Below the pieces are notes generated by a model. That model was not told the origin of the DNA. It saw only the letters and a program-made list of their open reading frames with translations, and made no database searches. Below are positions 34,023 to 45,686 of a stretch of 64,000 nt of DNA, piece by piece; within the stretch, counting starts at the first letter, position 1; each line of letters opens with the position of its first letter. The translations under genes and the position numbers were made by a program. The stretch spans positions 2,604,001-2,668,000 of the forward strand of contig CM038998.1 in the NCBI GenBank assembly GCA_017499595.2, given 5' to 3'. This stretch comes from Psilocybe cubensis (lineage: Eukaryota).

Positions 34023-35096
34023 ATGGCAAGCGCAGCAGCACAGATTATCCTCCATCCCACCGTTTCTCAGGGCTTGAAGTTTGGTGCAACAACTCTTGGT
34101 CGCGACAAGGTAATTTCTCGGACTCCAATGAAATCACGCTCACATTCGACTTCGTGTGCAGACTTACAGGGCTATCCAATATTTTGCACGCTTCTACGCC
34201 TGGTATCTTGCTGCCAAAGGAAACAAGCTCGACTCCGCACGATGGGCCGCTCTTAAAGGGCATCTGGGAACTGCTAGAAAGCGTTCGTGATATACACTTT
34301 CAGATGGGACTTGCTTGACCTGAGCCGAATTTAACCAATAGTTATGCGACTTGGGAAGCCGTTGGAACATTTGCAAGCCGCCCTTCGTGCTACATTTTCC
34401 GCAGGTCCGGTGGAGGAGACTCTTACCACAATTGCCAGACAAATTGGATACTTCGGATACCTTTCTTACGATGCTATCGTCTGGGTAAGTAACCCATTCA
34501 TGTTGCTCCATGAAAACAAGCTCAACCGCGATAGGCCAACTCGATTAAATTTATCACGCTGGACCCGGCAACGGCCAAGAAAGTGGCGAAAAGAGCCTTC
34601 CAATTCTGGTTCGCAGGCATTGCGTTCAGTCTTGTGCATGGTGTTCTCAAGGTATGTACCAGAAGAATTCCTCCAGTTAGTCTTCTCAAGCAAACTGCAA
34701 TTTGTAGGCTGCGCGACTAGCCAAGGAAGCTAAGTCGCTTCGCGAAAGTGAAGTTTATGGTGAAAAAGACCTCTCTGTTGAAGCGGCCAGGGAAACCAGG
34801 CAAAGTGCCATCAATGCGTTAGTGTTGACGAGTATGTCTACTCACTTGCTCCTGACAATATTTTATCTAGCGCTCGTAAAAGCAATCGCCAACAAATGCT
34901 CATCGATATCCTGGATATTTCGATACCAGCCACTGGAGCTGAACTTGTCAATGTCAATGAAGGAACACTGGGCATTCTTGGGTAAGTGGCACAGCTCCCT
35001 AACCATGTCTTCCACTATTAACGTATCTGGTATAGTTTGGTTTCTTCGATTCTTGGAGCTAAGGCCCAATGGGAAGCAGTCAATGGGAAAAAGTAA
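34023..35096 (+). CDS. PEX11: Peroxisomal biogenesis factor 11
   Basis: ATTLGRDK|TYRAIQYFARF, HLGTARK|.MRLGKPLEHL, YLSYDAIVW, FWFAGIAFS. Ends AQWEAVNGKK*. Confidence 0.92.
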
Positions 35097-35288
35097 TATG
35101 TATCGAGCCTACGTACGAGTAGGAATTTGTAAATCCACTGTATTTCACGAAATTTTACCAGCGGTTAACCGAATATGATATACATCCTTTCATCCCATCG
35201 ATACCCATGTAAAATGCCGGGAAGTCTTCCGTATTGGAATTATGTTGACTTCGAAAACATGTTGTGTGTTGCCTATCCTGGGGTAGAG

Positions 35289-35661
35289 CTAACCTGATGA
35301 ACTCTGCCGGAGGTTTCGCAGCCGTATGTATTCCTTACGGACGGCTTCCATAGGTTCAGGCGCTGTGCTGAGGAGATGATAAACATGCAATGAGATAGAC
35401 GCCTGAGAGGTCGAGCTGGTTATACTAACAATTGTATCATACAGTCCTGAACTTCTTTCAGCTGGCCCCTGCACTCCCAAGCAACAGACACGGTTCGGCC
35501 AGACGCGCATTCTGCAAACGCTGCAAAAGCAGGTAAATAAAAGCGTACTGTTAATAAAGACTCGGCCACTTACCCTTGACAAATTCATCACACTCGCGCA
35601 ATGCAGTAGCCTTAGTGGCTTTGAGTAACGTCTCCTCTTCTCTGCGAGACAGAGAATTCAT
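35289..35661 (-). CDS. CMC1: Twin CX9C cytochrome c oxidase assembly protein (Cmc1 family), three exons
   Basis: MNSLSRREEETLLKATKATALREC-DEFVKAFAE-C-ASGRTVSVAWE-C-RGQLKEVQD-C-MIQ…MEAVRKEYIRLR. GTAAGT and GTTAGT donors. Confidence 0.85.
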
Positions 35662-35887
35662 GGTCAAGTTATCTTTAGAACTTTTTTGGTTAAGTATTTA
35701 ATTCAGATGGCTAGGAAGGAAGAAGTAAACAATAGTATGCCGAACCCCGGTCTTTCTTGGTTCCAATTACAAATTACCTGTCTCCTACAACTCCTGCAAG
35801 TTACAACAGCATACGGTCTACAGGTTTCCTGGCTCCCACCTTTTCATCGCCTGTTCTCCGAGCTTACCTTTCAGTATTGCTGCGAAC

Positions 35888-37357
35888 ATGCTGCATTTAC
35901 CCAAAGCTCTCCGAACCTGTCCTTCATTTGCACAGAGACGATGTTTGGCGACGGCCTCCTCATTTGCCACCCCGTCGGGCAGTAAATTTAAACAAACACT
36001 CGACAATGGGCCTAGTTTGGATGACTTCATCTCTGGCGACGTGCCTGAGCGTATAGTGCTTGGAAACACAAAAGGGTAAGCCAGTGTGATATCTCAATAG
36101 TTTCTACTCATAGGTACATTGATCAGACCTCGTCTGCCGTCCTACCTGAAGACTTCGATTCCCTCCGGCGAGTCATTTAATAAGATAAAAAAAGATCTAC
36201 GAGGGCTCGACCTACACACCGTATGTGAAGAAGCAAGATGTCCAAACATCGGGGATTGCTGGGGAGGAGGGAAGAGCGCGGATGGCAGGAACACTGCAAC
36301 TGCTACCATAATGGTAAGTTTTCAAAATTGATGTTTGTGTTGGCGCCCACTAACTCGCCACCGGCAACACTAGCTCATGGGAGATACCTGTACTCGTGGG
36401 TGTAGATTCTGTTCTGTGAAGACCTCGCGCACTCCTCCTCCTTTGGACCCCCACGAGCCGGAGAATACGGCAGAAGCTATTTCTCGATGGGGCTTGGGTT
36501 ACATCGTTTTAACGACTGTGGACCGTGACGGTACGCAATTTTCTACGACCGAATTGTTGTATGTTGTAATATCTTCTTTCAGATTTGGTAGACGGGGGTG
36601 CCCATCATTTTGCAGAGACAATAAAGAAAATCAAGCAAAAGTGAGCCTACTCCTCTCCTGTCTATTTTTGACTCATTTCGACTAGGGCGCCACACATCCT
36701 TGTTGAGGCATTAACTGGCGATTTCGCCGGCTCGTTGGAACACGTCTCCTTGCTTGCCAAATCTGGTCTTGACGTATATGCGCACAACGTGGAAACAGTA
36801 GAAGAGCTGACGCCGTATGTCCGTGATAGAAGAGCCACCTTTCGGCAAAGCTTGAAGGTTCTCGAGCACGCCAAAAAGGAGGGCGTACAGGTAACAAAGA
36901 CCAGCATCATGCTTGGCCTTGGAGAAACTAATGATCAAATACTCTCTACTCTGAAAGGTAATTTTTTATCAAACTGCTTTCCTATGGTGGATCACCGATA
37001 TTGCTGTTACAGAACTGCGCGCCGTGAATGTCGATGTGGTTACATTTGGACAATATATGCGTCCCACGAAACGCCACATGAAAGTTGATCGCTATGTGGA
37101 ACCAACGGAATTTGATCACTGGAAAAAAGTTGCCGAAGATATGGGTTTCCTTTACGTCGCCAGCGGGCCTCTCGTTCGCAGCAGCTACAAGGTAATTTCT
37201 AATTCAATTAAACCGTAGTTTTTTCTTATTTTTGATCGCTTAGGCTGGTGAATTTTATATTGAGAATGTTTTGAGAAAGAAGAAACAGACACAGTCTATT
37301 CCATCTCTGGAAACTGAATCGACACAGACAACTTCAAGTCGAGAGCCAATCGTCTAA
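35888..37357 (+). CDS. LIP5: Mitochondrial lipoyl synthase (radical SAM)
   Basis: Arg/Ser-rich presequence. [12 protein letters not shown] (CX4CX5C), CTRGCRFC (CX3CX2C), [27 protein letters not shown]. Confidence 0.97.
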
Positions 37358-37873
37358 TAGCCAAGTGCGTACTGGTCCGTCGTTAACTGGCATGGTGAGA
37401 TTTTTGCAAGGTTTTGTGCACATGTATCTTATTTCCCGTCCCAACACTATTTTAGCGTTTAATGCTTAGAACTTGGGGTTCAACGATTTTCCAGAAATCT
37501 TGCGGATATACAAAATTAGTTTATCTGAACCAATGCAGGTTAGCCTGATATCAAATGACTTTTCGGCAAATTCCACATTGTATTCTATCACCTAATTCAC
37601 GTCGACTACAAGGCGAATAATTGTACTCATAAGCAAATATGTTCTTACACACCCCATAGATGCAATACATTTTCTTTAAGTTATACCCTAATGCTTGTCA
37701 TCAAACACTTTACTTCACAAAAGGTTCTGAACTGCTGGGTACACTGAAGGATGAATAATTATGTAATGCTTTGTCAGCTTATTAAATCGGAGTCTTAATA
37801 TCAAGGCATCACAAACTTTATTCATTACCTCAAATCAACAGAAAGTCCTTGTCACCTTCCTCCACCCAAAAAG

Positions 37874-38245
37874 ATGGTGAGCAACGTTGCTATGTATGTC
37901 TTCATCATAGGTTAATGCGTTTATCAGGATTCCTCCAAAGCCCCCGTCAAACTCGCTAAAGTCATCAAGGTTCGACAAAATGTCGCCAAATTTCATAGCA
38001 ATCCTCTAACCATTTGTTCTTGTATAGGTTTTGGGACGCACTGGATCCCGTGGAGGTGTTACCCAAGTCCGCGTCGAATTCATGGACGACACATCGCGGA
38101 CGATTATCCGTAACGTGAAGGGACCTGTTAGGGAGGAGGACATCCTTGCTCTCTTGGAAAGTGAGCGTGAGGCCAGGTGCGCTTCAAATGCAAATATTTC
38201 AATGCCATTTACTGAAATGCCGATTATGATAGACGCCTCCGTTAG
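37874..38245 (+). CDS. RPS28: 40S ribosomal protein eS28
   Basis: ATG|GTGAGC intron, then [67 protein letters not shown]. Confidence 0.97.
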
Positions 38246-38775
38246 ACTGTTCACGTATTTTAACAAAGTTTTCGGGGTTTTCCATCTCTCTATGCAATAC
38301 ATTGTACTTTGCCCCCGGTACCCTCCCAACCAGACAGATATAACCAAAGCTGCTAACGCTTGACATCCTGAATCCATTCGTATGCTCATTCCTGCATTGT
38401 TGATTCGTTGTACTCTCAATACGTCCAGTTATATGGAAGTAGTTTCAAATGCAAATCCTCTTCAGTGTCTGGGCGATATTAGAGATGTCTTTGATGTCTA
38501 CCCTTATTGCTGCCTTTTGTGCTTGCGGCAATCCCAATATGCGTGCCCGCTCTTTTGATTAGCAGCAGGTCCATAGTGTCTTTTGTATGCAAACACATTT
38601 GAGGTTTTACATTTTCATGCTTAGATTTATGTGCAATTGCAGATGAATGCCCCCTTATTAGTAGTTTGAGTTTTCGGCTTGGGCTACTTCGATGGACTTT
38701 CAAGGTTATTACGAGTAAGGGGTGTAATAAAAATTGATACCTCTTATTTGCCTCTTATATGGCCTTGCAAATGTC

Positions 38776-40235
38776 TTACGCCCTCCATGCAACATGCACT
38801 TCATCAGTACGAAATCTATAAAATTATCAGAGTTGCTATTAATCCAAGGTAATTAACCAATGTACCTTTGAGTACAGGTACTTTTAGAAACGGGAATAGT
38901 GACTCCCATTCGATAACTTAAAAGGCCAGCTTGAGCTATCATGATGCCGTTGTCGATACAAAAGCTAATCCAAAGATGAATTTAGTAATTTAACAGCATT
39001 TGTATTCTTACTGACCGTTCATCTGTCGCAAAAACTTGTCCTCCACGTTCTTGTGCCATTATGCCCATCATTTCTTGAAGGCGCTCGTTGCCTATACATT
39101 CATGAGACAACGACACTGTTACGAAGGTTGGAAACCTTACATCCGACACCCCCTACAATCAGGACTTCTTTGCTGCCAATATGCGCCATCGCCCTTTCCG
39201 TAATTTCGACAAGCATAGCGAACACAGTTTCTTGAAGGGAGAAACATAAATCGGCAGGGGTTATAATGTCATCATCTTCAACAGACTTCGGTGCTCCATC
39301 TGGTCGATATCTCTTGTCGAAAGTGTAGGATTCAATTGCGGTAAGAATGCCGGAAAGGCTGACATCCATTCCCTTTGTTGCATACGGTAGTGAAACTAAG
39401 CGTTTCCCTCTGCTTCAGTTAGGATATAATTCACCGTCGGAAAGAAGTACTACATACTGCTTTGATAGTTGCTCGATGTTGAAACCTGGACTGGGATAGT
39501 TGCTAAGATTCAGGATTCGAGCAAACCGATCAAGACAGTTTCCCACTGCGATGTCGAGAGTTTCGCCGAATATACGATAACATTGTCTAGAGTAGGCGAT
39601 AACTTGAGTGTTCCCGCCAGAGACGTAGAGAACGACGGGATTTTTAGCGCCAGTAATTTCTCTTCCCATTTCGATATCTTGTAGCGATGTTGTAAAGGTT
39701 GAAGTACACAATCTAGAATGTCTACTCACGACCCACGCAATGGTTTACAGGAACCAAAGGTTTGTTGTAGAGAAGCGAAAGTGTTCTTGCCACCAGAGCA
39801 ACAGACTGAAGGGGAGCGCCCATGCCGGGACCTAGCAGCAACCGTGAATTTATGAGGAGAAAATGCATGAAAATGGTGATACCTTTGGTGTAGCATATGC
39901 AATCCAAGTCAGTCAAAGTGATTGCAGCGTCTGTCAGACAATCACCGATTACTTTGAATATCCATTCACGATGATGAAGCGCGGTGTCTCGAGGTTGGAA
40001 TCCCTCGCCGGGTGGGGTGATGTATGTGTGTCGAACATTCGACAGTACGGTAGATGAACCGTCTGGAGAATGTCTGATTACTCCAGCACCGAGCTTATTT
40101 GCAGAACCCTCTAGTCCCAGGGCCAAAACAGGTCGCTCTGTGTCATAAATAAGTCAGATCGAATGAATGCACAGGTTAGATAATGGGTAAACCTGGGTTC
40201 TTGAGTGGTGTGGAACGCGGTACACGTACAGGCAT
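38776..40235 (-). CDS. KAE1: tRNA t6A threonylcarbamoyltransferase (KEOPS Kae1/OSGEP)
   Basis: [76 protein letters not shown]. Confidence 0.96.
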
Positions 40236-40677
40236 AGTAGGTGGGCAGATCCAACTTGTAATCAATCGAAATGGTGAAGATTCGGCCAACGTATTGTTGC
40301 AATCAGTGGTTAACCTGCAAACTAACTAGATGGATTGAAAGTCGATTTGAATCTTCTTTTGGTTGTTTATATATATTTCCATCGAAATGGCAATACATGG
40401 CCCTTGGCTTTAGTGCGTACTTATTGTTTGAGAATATGTTATATGGCTATTTACGTCAGGGTATAGATATTGGCAGGCAGCATGAGTGGATAAGTTACAA
40501 ATAGACTATCTTCTAGGCGTCTCTCTACTTGCTGAGAGATACATTTCGTTAACGAAAGCTGTATTGGAGAAAGCTAAAAAACAATTCAAATCAAAATAGA
40601 AGCAGATATGCGAAATGAGTGTCAAATACAATTAAAAAATAACAATATCGAATCTCGAAGATCCCACCTACAGACTT

Positions 40678-42650
40678 TTATTTCTTATGCTCTCTAAGGT
40701 CATTTTTGTGAGCTAATAGAGCCGAATAGATATGGTTATCAAAGCTTAGAAATTGCAACTGGACACAAGGAACGGAAAGTGTTCCCTTGTCGTAGGCCAA
40801 GAGAATGTCCTCAGGGGGGCGAACATCGTTGGTCTTATCGGCAGTTAGTTTGGCATACATGTATTTGATCTAATTAAAAGCAGTCAGTATTGCCGTGTGA
40901 GCAAATTTATATGACTCACATCAGGGGAGAAACTATTCCACTCGTCAATAGAAAGATGTTTGACACGAGTCACTTTGTATTTTCCTAGGTACCGGAATGT
41001 TCGAGTTTTAGAGGGCCCTTTGGGTAGACCAACGAATAGATTCCGAATGACAGGAGAGTTATAACTGTCTCTTTCTTTCCCAAGACCGACAAAGAGAAAA
41101 CCATGCTGACCAGGATTTGATGGACACCACGGATGGTGATTCAGAGTTGGACATAAATACGAGGAGGTGATTGCTTTTCTATCAATTTGACCCTCTGGCA
41201 AGCTGAAAAAAAATGAGCTAGCAGCATGATCTAGAAGATACGAGCATACTATTTAAAAAGTGATTGAACGTCTTCCCCAAGTGCTTTCTTGAGGAAACTT
41301 CGTTCAAATGCGTTGTGTGCATCGACGACGGCGGGAACGGGTACCGAAGGGAACACTGCAAGCATCGCCTCCCGATCTGGTGGTAGGTTAGGGCAATTAT
41401 GCGTCACAATTTCTTTTTTGGCCATATCGCCGTCACTCTTAGACGGACGTATGACCTCTTTCTGTTTGAATGCCCTAGCTTTGGGTAACATATCTCTATC
41501 TGGTTCTGGGCTGTGAGCCCCCGAAGCAGCAGAAAGTTTTCCTGAAGACCGCCGAGCTTCTGAATAGAGGGAAGTATTCGATAATGGACGTAAAATGGTA
41601 GCATGACGAGTCTAAAAACGGGGCGGTCGAAAAACACACAATTGAGGTTTGTCAATAAGTCGCTTACAATACCCTGCAGTTTCTTTATAGATCCCAATAA
41701 GACCTTCGAATTGTCTTCGGCCCTGTGTAGTCTTTCTTGTATAGTGGATAGTTCACTTCGTAGATAATGATTTTCTGTTTCATAATCCTTGACTGATAAC
41801 TTCAGCGTTTCGACCTGGTTGAATAAAAAGACATTTTGCAACGTGAATGATGAATAAGGGCAATGAAGAGCGTACCTGTCGCTCTAAGTCCCAGTAGGCT
41901 GCTGAAAGCTGCTTTACATGTCAGTCTGTGCAAGTGGATATAAATAGAAAATAAATTACTTTCTTAGACTCATCAGGCTGAGCATGTATGGCGACAACCT
42001 ATAGACATCATGGAAACCAGTTAGCCATACAATCGTTAGAATACGGCTGCACGAGCCTTTGCTGCGTCTGTCTTAGCTTTCTCCAGACTCTTCCGAAGAT
42101 TATCATTGACAAACGTCAATTTGTTAATTTGGTCTTTGAGTTCAGTCGTCTCTTCGATATGTTTAGCAGAAATTGTCTCGTTCTCTTGCTTTAAGGCTTT
42201 GATTTGCTCCGTGGAAGCAGCTAACTGTTAATGTAATTCAGCAATCGCGAGCAAAAGAGAAGCTGAGCGCGAACAGCTTACTTCTTGCTGTAGTCGTTTA
42301 TACTCTTCTTTAGCTCTTCCAAGTCCGGCCTCTGCGTCTTGCATCAATCCAACGTGACTGGTCGTGTCTATACCGTCATTCAGTGGGACAGAGTCAGGTT
42401 CGACGCGTTCAATTTGACGCTGGTCCGCCGGAGTAGCATCGCTTCTGCGATAGGTGTCAAGCAAACTACGATATAGCGCGCGCTACACGGTCATAAACAT
42501 GATGTTCAGCGAGTGCGGGGTGTATCAAACGAAGAGGAATAGGAGACGTACTTCTTCCTGGACCTTTGTTAATTCTTTCCTCAACGCAATTACATTCTCT
42601 GCAGCCTCAGACCAGCGCTTAACAACGTTGGACCAAAACACTTCATCCAT
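40678..42650 (-). CDS. Coiled-coil protein with C-terminal fungal DUF6697-like domain
   Basis: Putative start MDEVFWSNVVKRWSEAAENVIALRKEL and heptad-rich short exons. C-terminal YLCPTLNHHPWCPSNPGQHGFLFVG..LFVG..FRYLGKY..LSIDEW..VPCVQLQFLSFD resembles DUF6697 from memory. The exon structure is uncertain. Confidence 0.6.
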
Positions 42651-43024
42651 GAGAGGGCTGCTGGAACCACGAATGGTAAGAAAGAGAAAGAGAAGCAGAG
42701 TACCGGCAGAGCCACAAGCGTTTCATAAGGCCCATATGGGTCTACGGTATCACAGGAACAAGGTACCCACCAGGGTCTTCCGACTTCAACTCAAGTCTTT
42801 TGCACGTGCCGTTTCCTGACGCATTGTTAATTTTTAAACTCGGACTGTGCAAACCCTCCACGCATGTCATAGTTAACTCAATTCCACATTTTGAATATGA
42901 GATAATGATGGTATTAATGTACTTCGTAAAGTCATCAAAACGCGCATGATGGATGGTTGAATGCGTTGCGATGACACGAGGGAAAGCAAATCTATAGGTA
43001 TTCGGAATAAGTCATAGTGGTTGT

Positions 43025-44643
43025 TCACAGCATGAACGTTAGAGGATTTTCGAGGTATCCTTTGAAGGCAGAGAGCCACTTGGCTCCGACAGCACCGTCG
43101 ACAGTTCGGTGGTCCGAGCTAAGAGTGACCTTCATGGACTGAACAACCTTAAAGCCACGCTCTTCTTCAGGAGCAGGAACAACCTTGGCCTCAGTGGAAC
43201 CAACGGCGAGAATACAGGATTGAGGAGGGTTTATGATGGCTGTGAAATGCTCAACCCCGAACATTCCCAAATTCGAGATGGTAAAAGTGCCACCCTACGC
43301 GTGGTATATGGTTAGCTTAGCAATCACGGACGGAATGACATTAAATCTAACCTGGTACTCAGATGGTTGGAGTTTTCCATCCCGAGCTTTCTTAGCGAGT
43401 GCCTTTGTTTCCGCGGAGATAGACGCGAGTCCTTTCGAACCTGCATCCTTGACAATAGGGGTGATCAAACCATTTGGAGTCGCGACAGCGATAGAGATGT
43501 CCGCCTTTTTGTATCTGTAAAACGACAGTTAAAGGGCTAGGGTCCAAGAAGTGGAAAGAAAATAACAGACTTACGTTCGAATAACCTCACCAAGCCATGC
43601 CGAGTTGGCCTCTGGCACATCAGTCAAGGCGCAGGCAACAGCTTTAACGATAAAGTCGTTCACGCTTAGTTTCTGATCCTTGGCAGAAAGGGTTTTGTTG
43701 AAAACTTCGCGAAGTTTGAGAACCTTGTCCATGTTAACGTCGACAGTAAGGTAGTAGTGGGGGAGTTCCTGTTTAGATTGCGTGAGACGGGAGCCAATGG
43801 TGCGACGCATGTTGGAAACGGGGGTATCGACGTAGTCGACGGAAGTGGTGGAAGGTTGAGCGGAGGCGGGTGCAGCAGAAGTAGTGGCAGCGACTGTTTC
43901 AGGCTTATATTTCTCGACATCCTCCCGGGTAATACGCCCTGAGGGACCAGTACCCTTGACTTTGGCCAAGGGAATACCCTGCTCGAGAGCGATTTTCTTT
44001 GCGATGGGGGAAGCAAAGATACGTGAGCCGGACTGGAGTTCCTTCTTGGATTCCTGAGGAGGAGCGGCCTTGGGGGCCTCAGGAGCAGGAGCGGGAGGTG
44101 GAGCCTTATCTTCTTTTGCGGACTCGACAGGTTGAGACGGGGCTTTTGATGCGGCATCCCTGGCTACCTGGTCAGCGCCAGAGAGATCGTCGCCGACCTC
44201 CCCTATTACACCAATGACGGAACCGACAGCGACGCCCTTGCTGCCATCAGTTGCCTAACAAAAGATAAATACGGACGCTTGGCAGACAGCATAACAAAAC
44301 GCACGATAATTTTGGCGAGGACACCGTCATCCTGGGCCTCGACGTCAATTGTGGCCTTGTCTGTTTCCTGCGGGGGACATATCAGGTGGCAAAAGAGGAC
44401 AACGGAGAAGAGAGCATACAATCTCAAGAAGGACATCGCCAGCGGAGAAGGCCTCCCCCTCCTTCTTTTTCCAAGCAGCAATGCCACCCTCGGTCATGGT
44501 GGGACTCATGGCTGGCATGTTGAACGGGGCGAGGGCGCGCCTGCGGGCGGAGACATGGAAGCCTATGGGAGATGAGGAGATTGAAAATGAAGAGGGCGAT
44601 ATAACAAACCTCTGGAGAGAACACGGGCCAGGGAGGAAGCCAT
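43025..44643 (-). CDS. LAT1: Pyruvate dehydrogenase E2 dihydrolipoamide acetyltransferase
   Basis: [11 protein letters not shown] presequence. [11 protein letters not shown], lipoyl ETDKAT, E3-binding [10 protein letters not shown]…GTGPSGRI, catalytic [17 protein letters not shown]. Confidence 0.97.
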
Positions 44644-44792
44644 GGACAAGAACGGGAGTACGGAGTTGAGTGTGGTTCGTCAGACACGAATTTTATGCAA
44701 GTTTGTTGGGGACGGGTATTTAGGCGCGACCAAATAACTGCAAACGAACGGCCGTTTTCAGTCGCGCCGCGCCGTCTATTCTCATCATTTCC

Positions 44793-45520
44793 ATGTCCTC
44801 TCTTTTTCTCCCTGGCCAGCCCCTCCTCCCCCCCACTGCACCGCTGCCCCAGCTTGGCCCCGGCGTCTACGAGAGGCACGGCGTCGTCCGCGCAAGTCTC
44901 CTCGGCCCCTCTCGTCTCGACGGTTCCGTTCGTCGTCCTCTCTGCTCTCCAGATCGCCCTCTCGTCTCATCTATCTACAGACCCTAACTGTGCCCCGGGT
45001 CCAGCCCCATACCCCAATCCCGGGGTCCATTGTCATTGGTTGCGTAACGCGTCTGTCTCCCCTGCAGGCCCTCATCTCCATCACCGTCGTCGATGGCGTC
45101 CCTCTTCCCCCAGGCGAGGAGTTCACCGGCGTGATACGCAGTCAGGACGTCCGTGCAACCGAGAAGGATCGCGTCAAAATCGGAGATTCGTTTCGCGGCG
45201 GCGATGTCGTTCGTACCCAGGTTGTGAGTGTTTCGTCGCTTTGGAATTCAAGACACGACACCTTCTTAGCTCGAGCTAGATATCTCTGGGGGATGCCCGC
45301 AGTTATTTTGTCACAACTGCACGCAACGACCTGGGTGTCATCTTTGCGACAAGCGAGGCTGGTAAATGGGGCCGGTCACGTTTTGCCTTTGGGCGACTTA
45401 TTCACGACTTTGACTTCCTTAGGAGCTACGCTCGAGCCTGTTTCATGGCAGGAGATGCGCTGTCCCAAGACCGGGCGCATCGAAAAGAGAAAATGCGCAA
45501 AGCCATTAGATATGCCGTAG
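44793..45520 (+). CDS. CSL4: Exosome cap subunit Csl4 (EXOSC1)
   Basis: LPGQPL..GPGVYE, S1 domain GVIRSQDVRATEKDRVKIGDSFRGGDVVR, SLGDARSYFVTTARNDLGVI, CPKTGRIEKRKCAKP. Confidence 0.93.
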
Positions 45521-45686
45521 TAGAATTAAATTCGATTTCCATTTGTTTATCAAGTGTTGCCTCCGAGTTAGATGTCGCCCAAAATGGCAATGGTGTGATC
45601 AACAGTCTTCCAAACTTGCAACTTTGTCCTCAACCACTGCTGCCACCTTTGCTGCGAGACCGGTCTCGCAAGCAACTGGGCCACTA

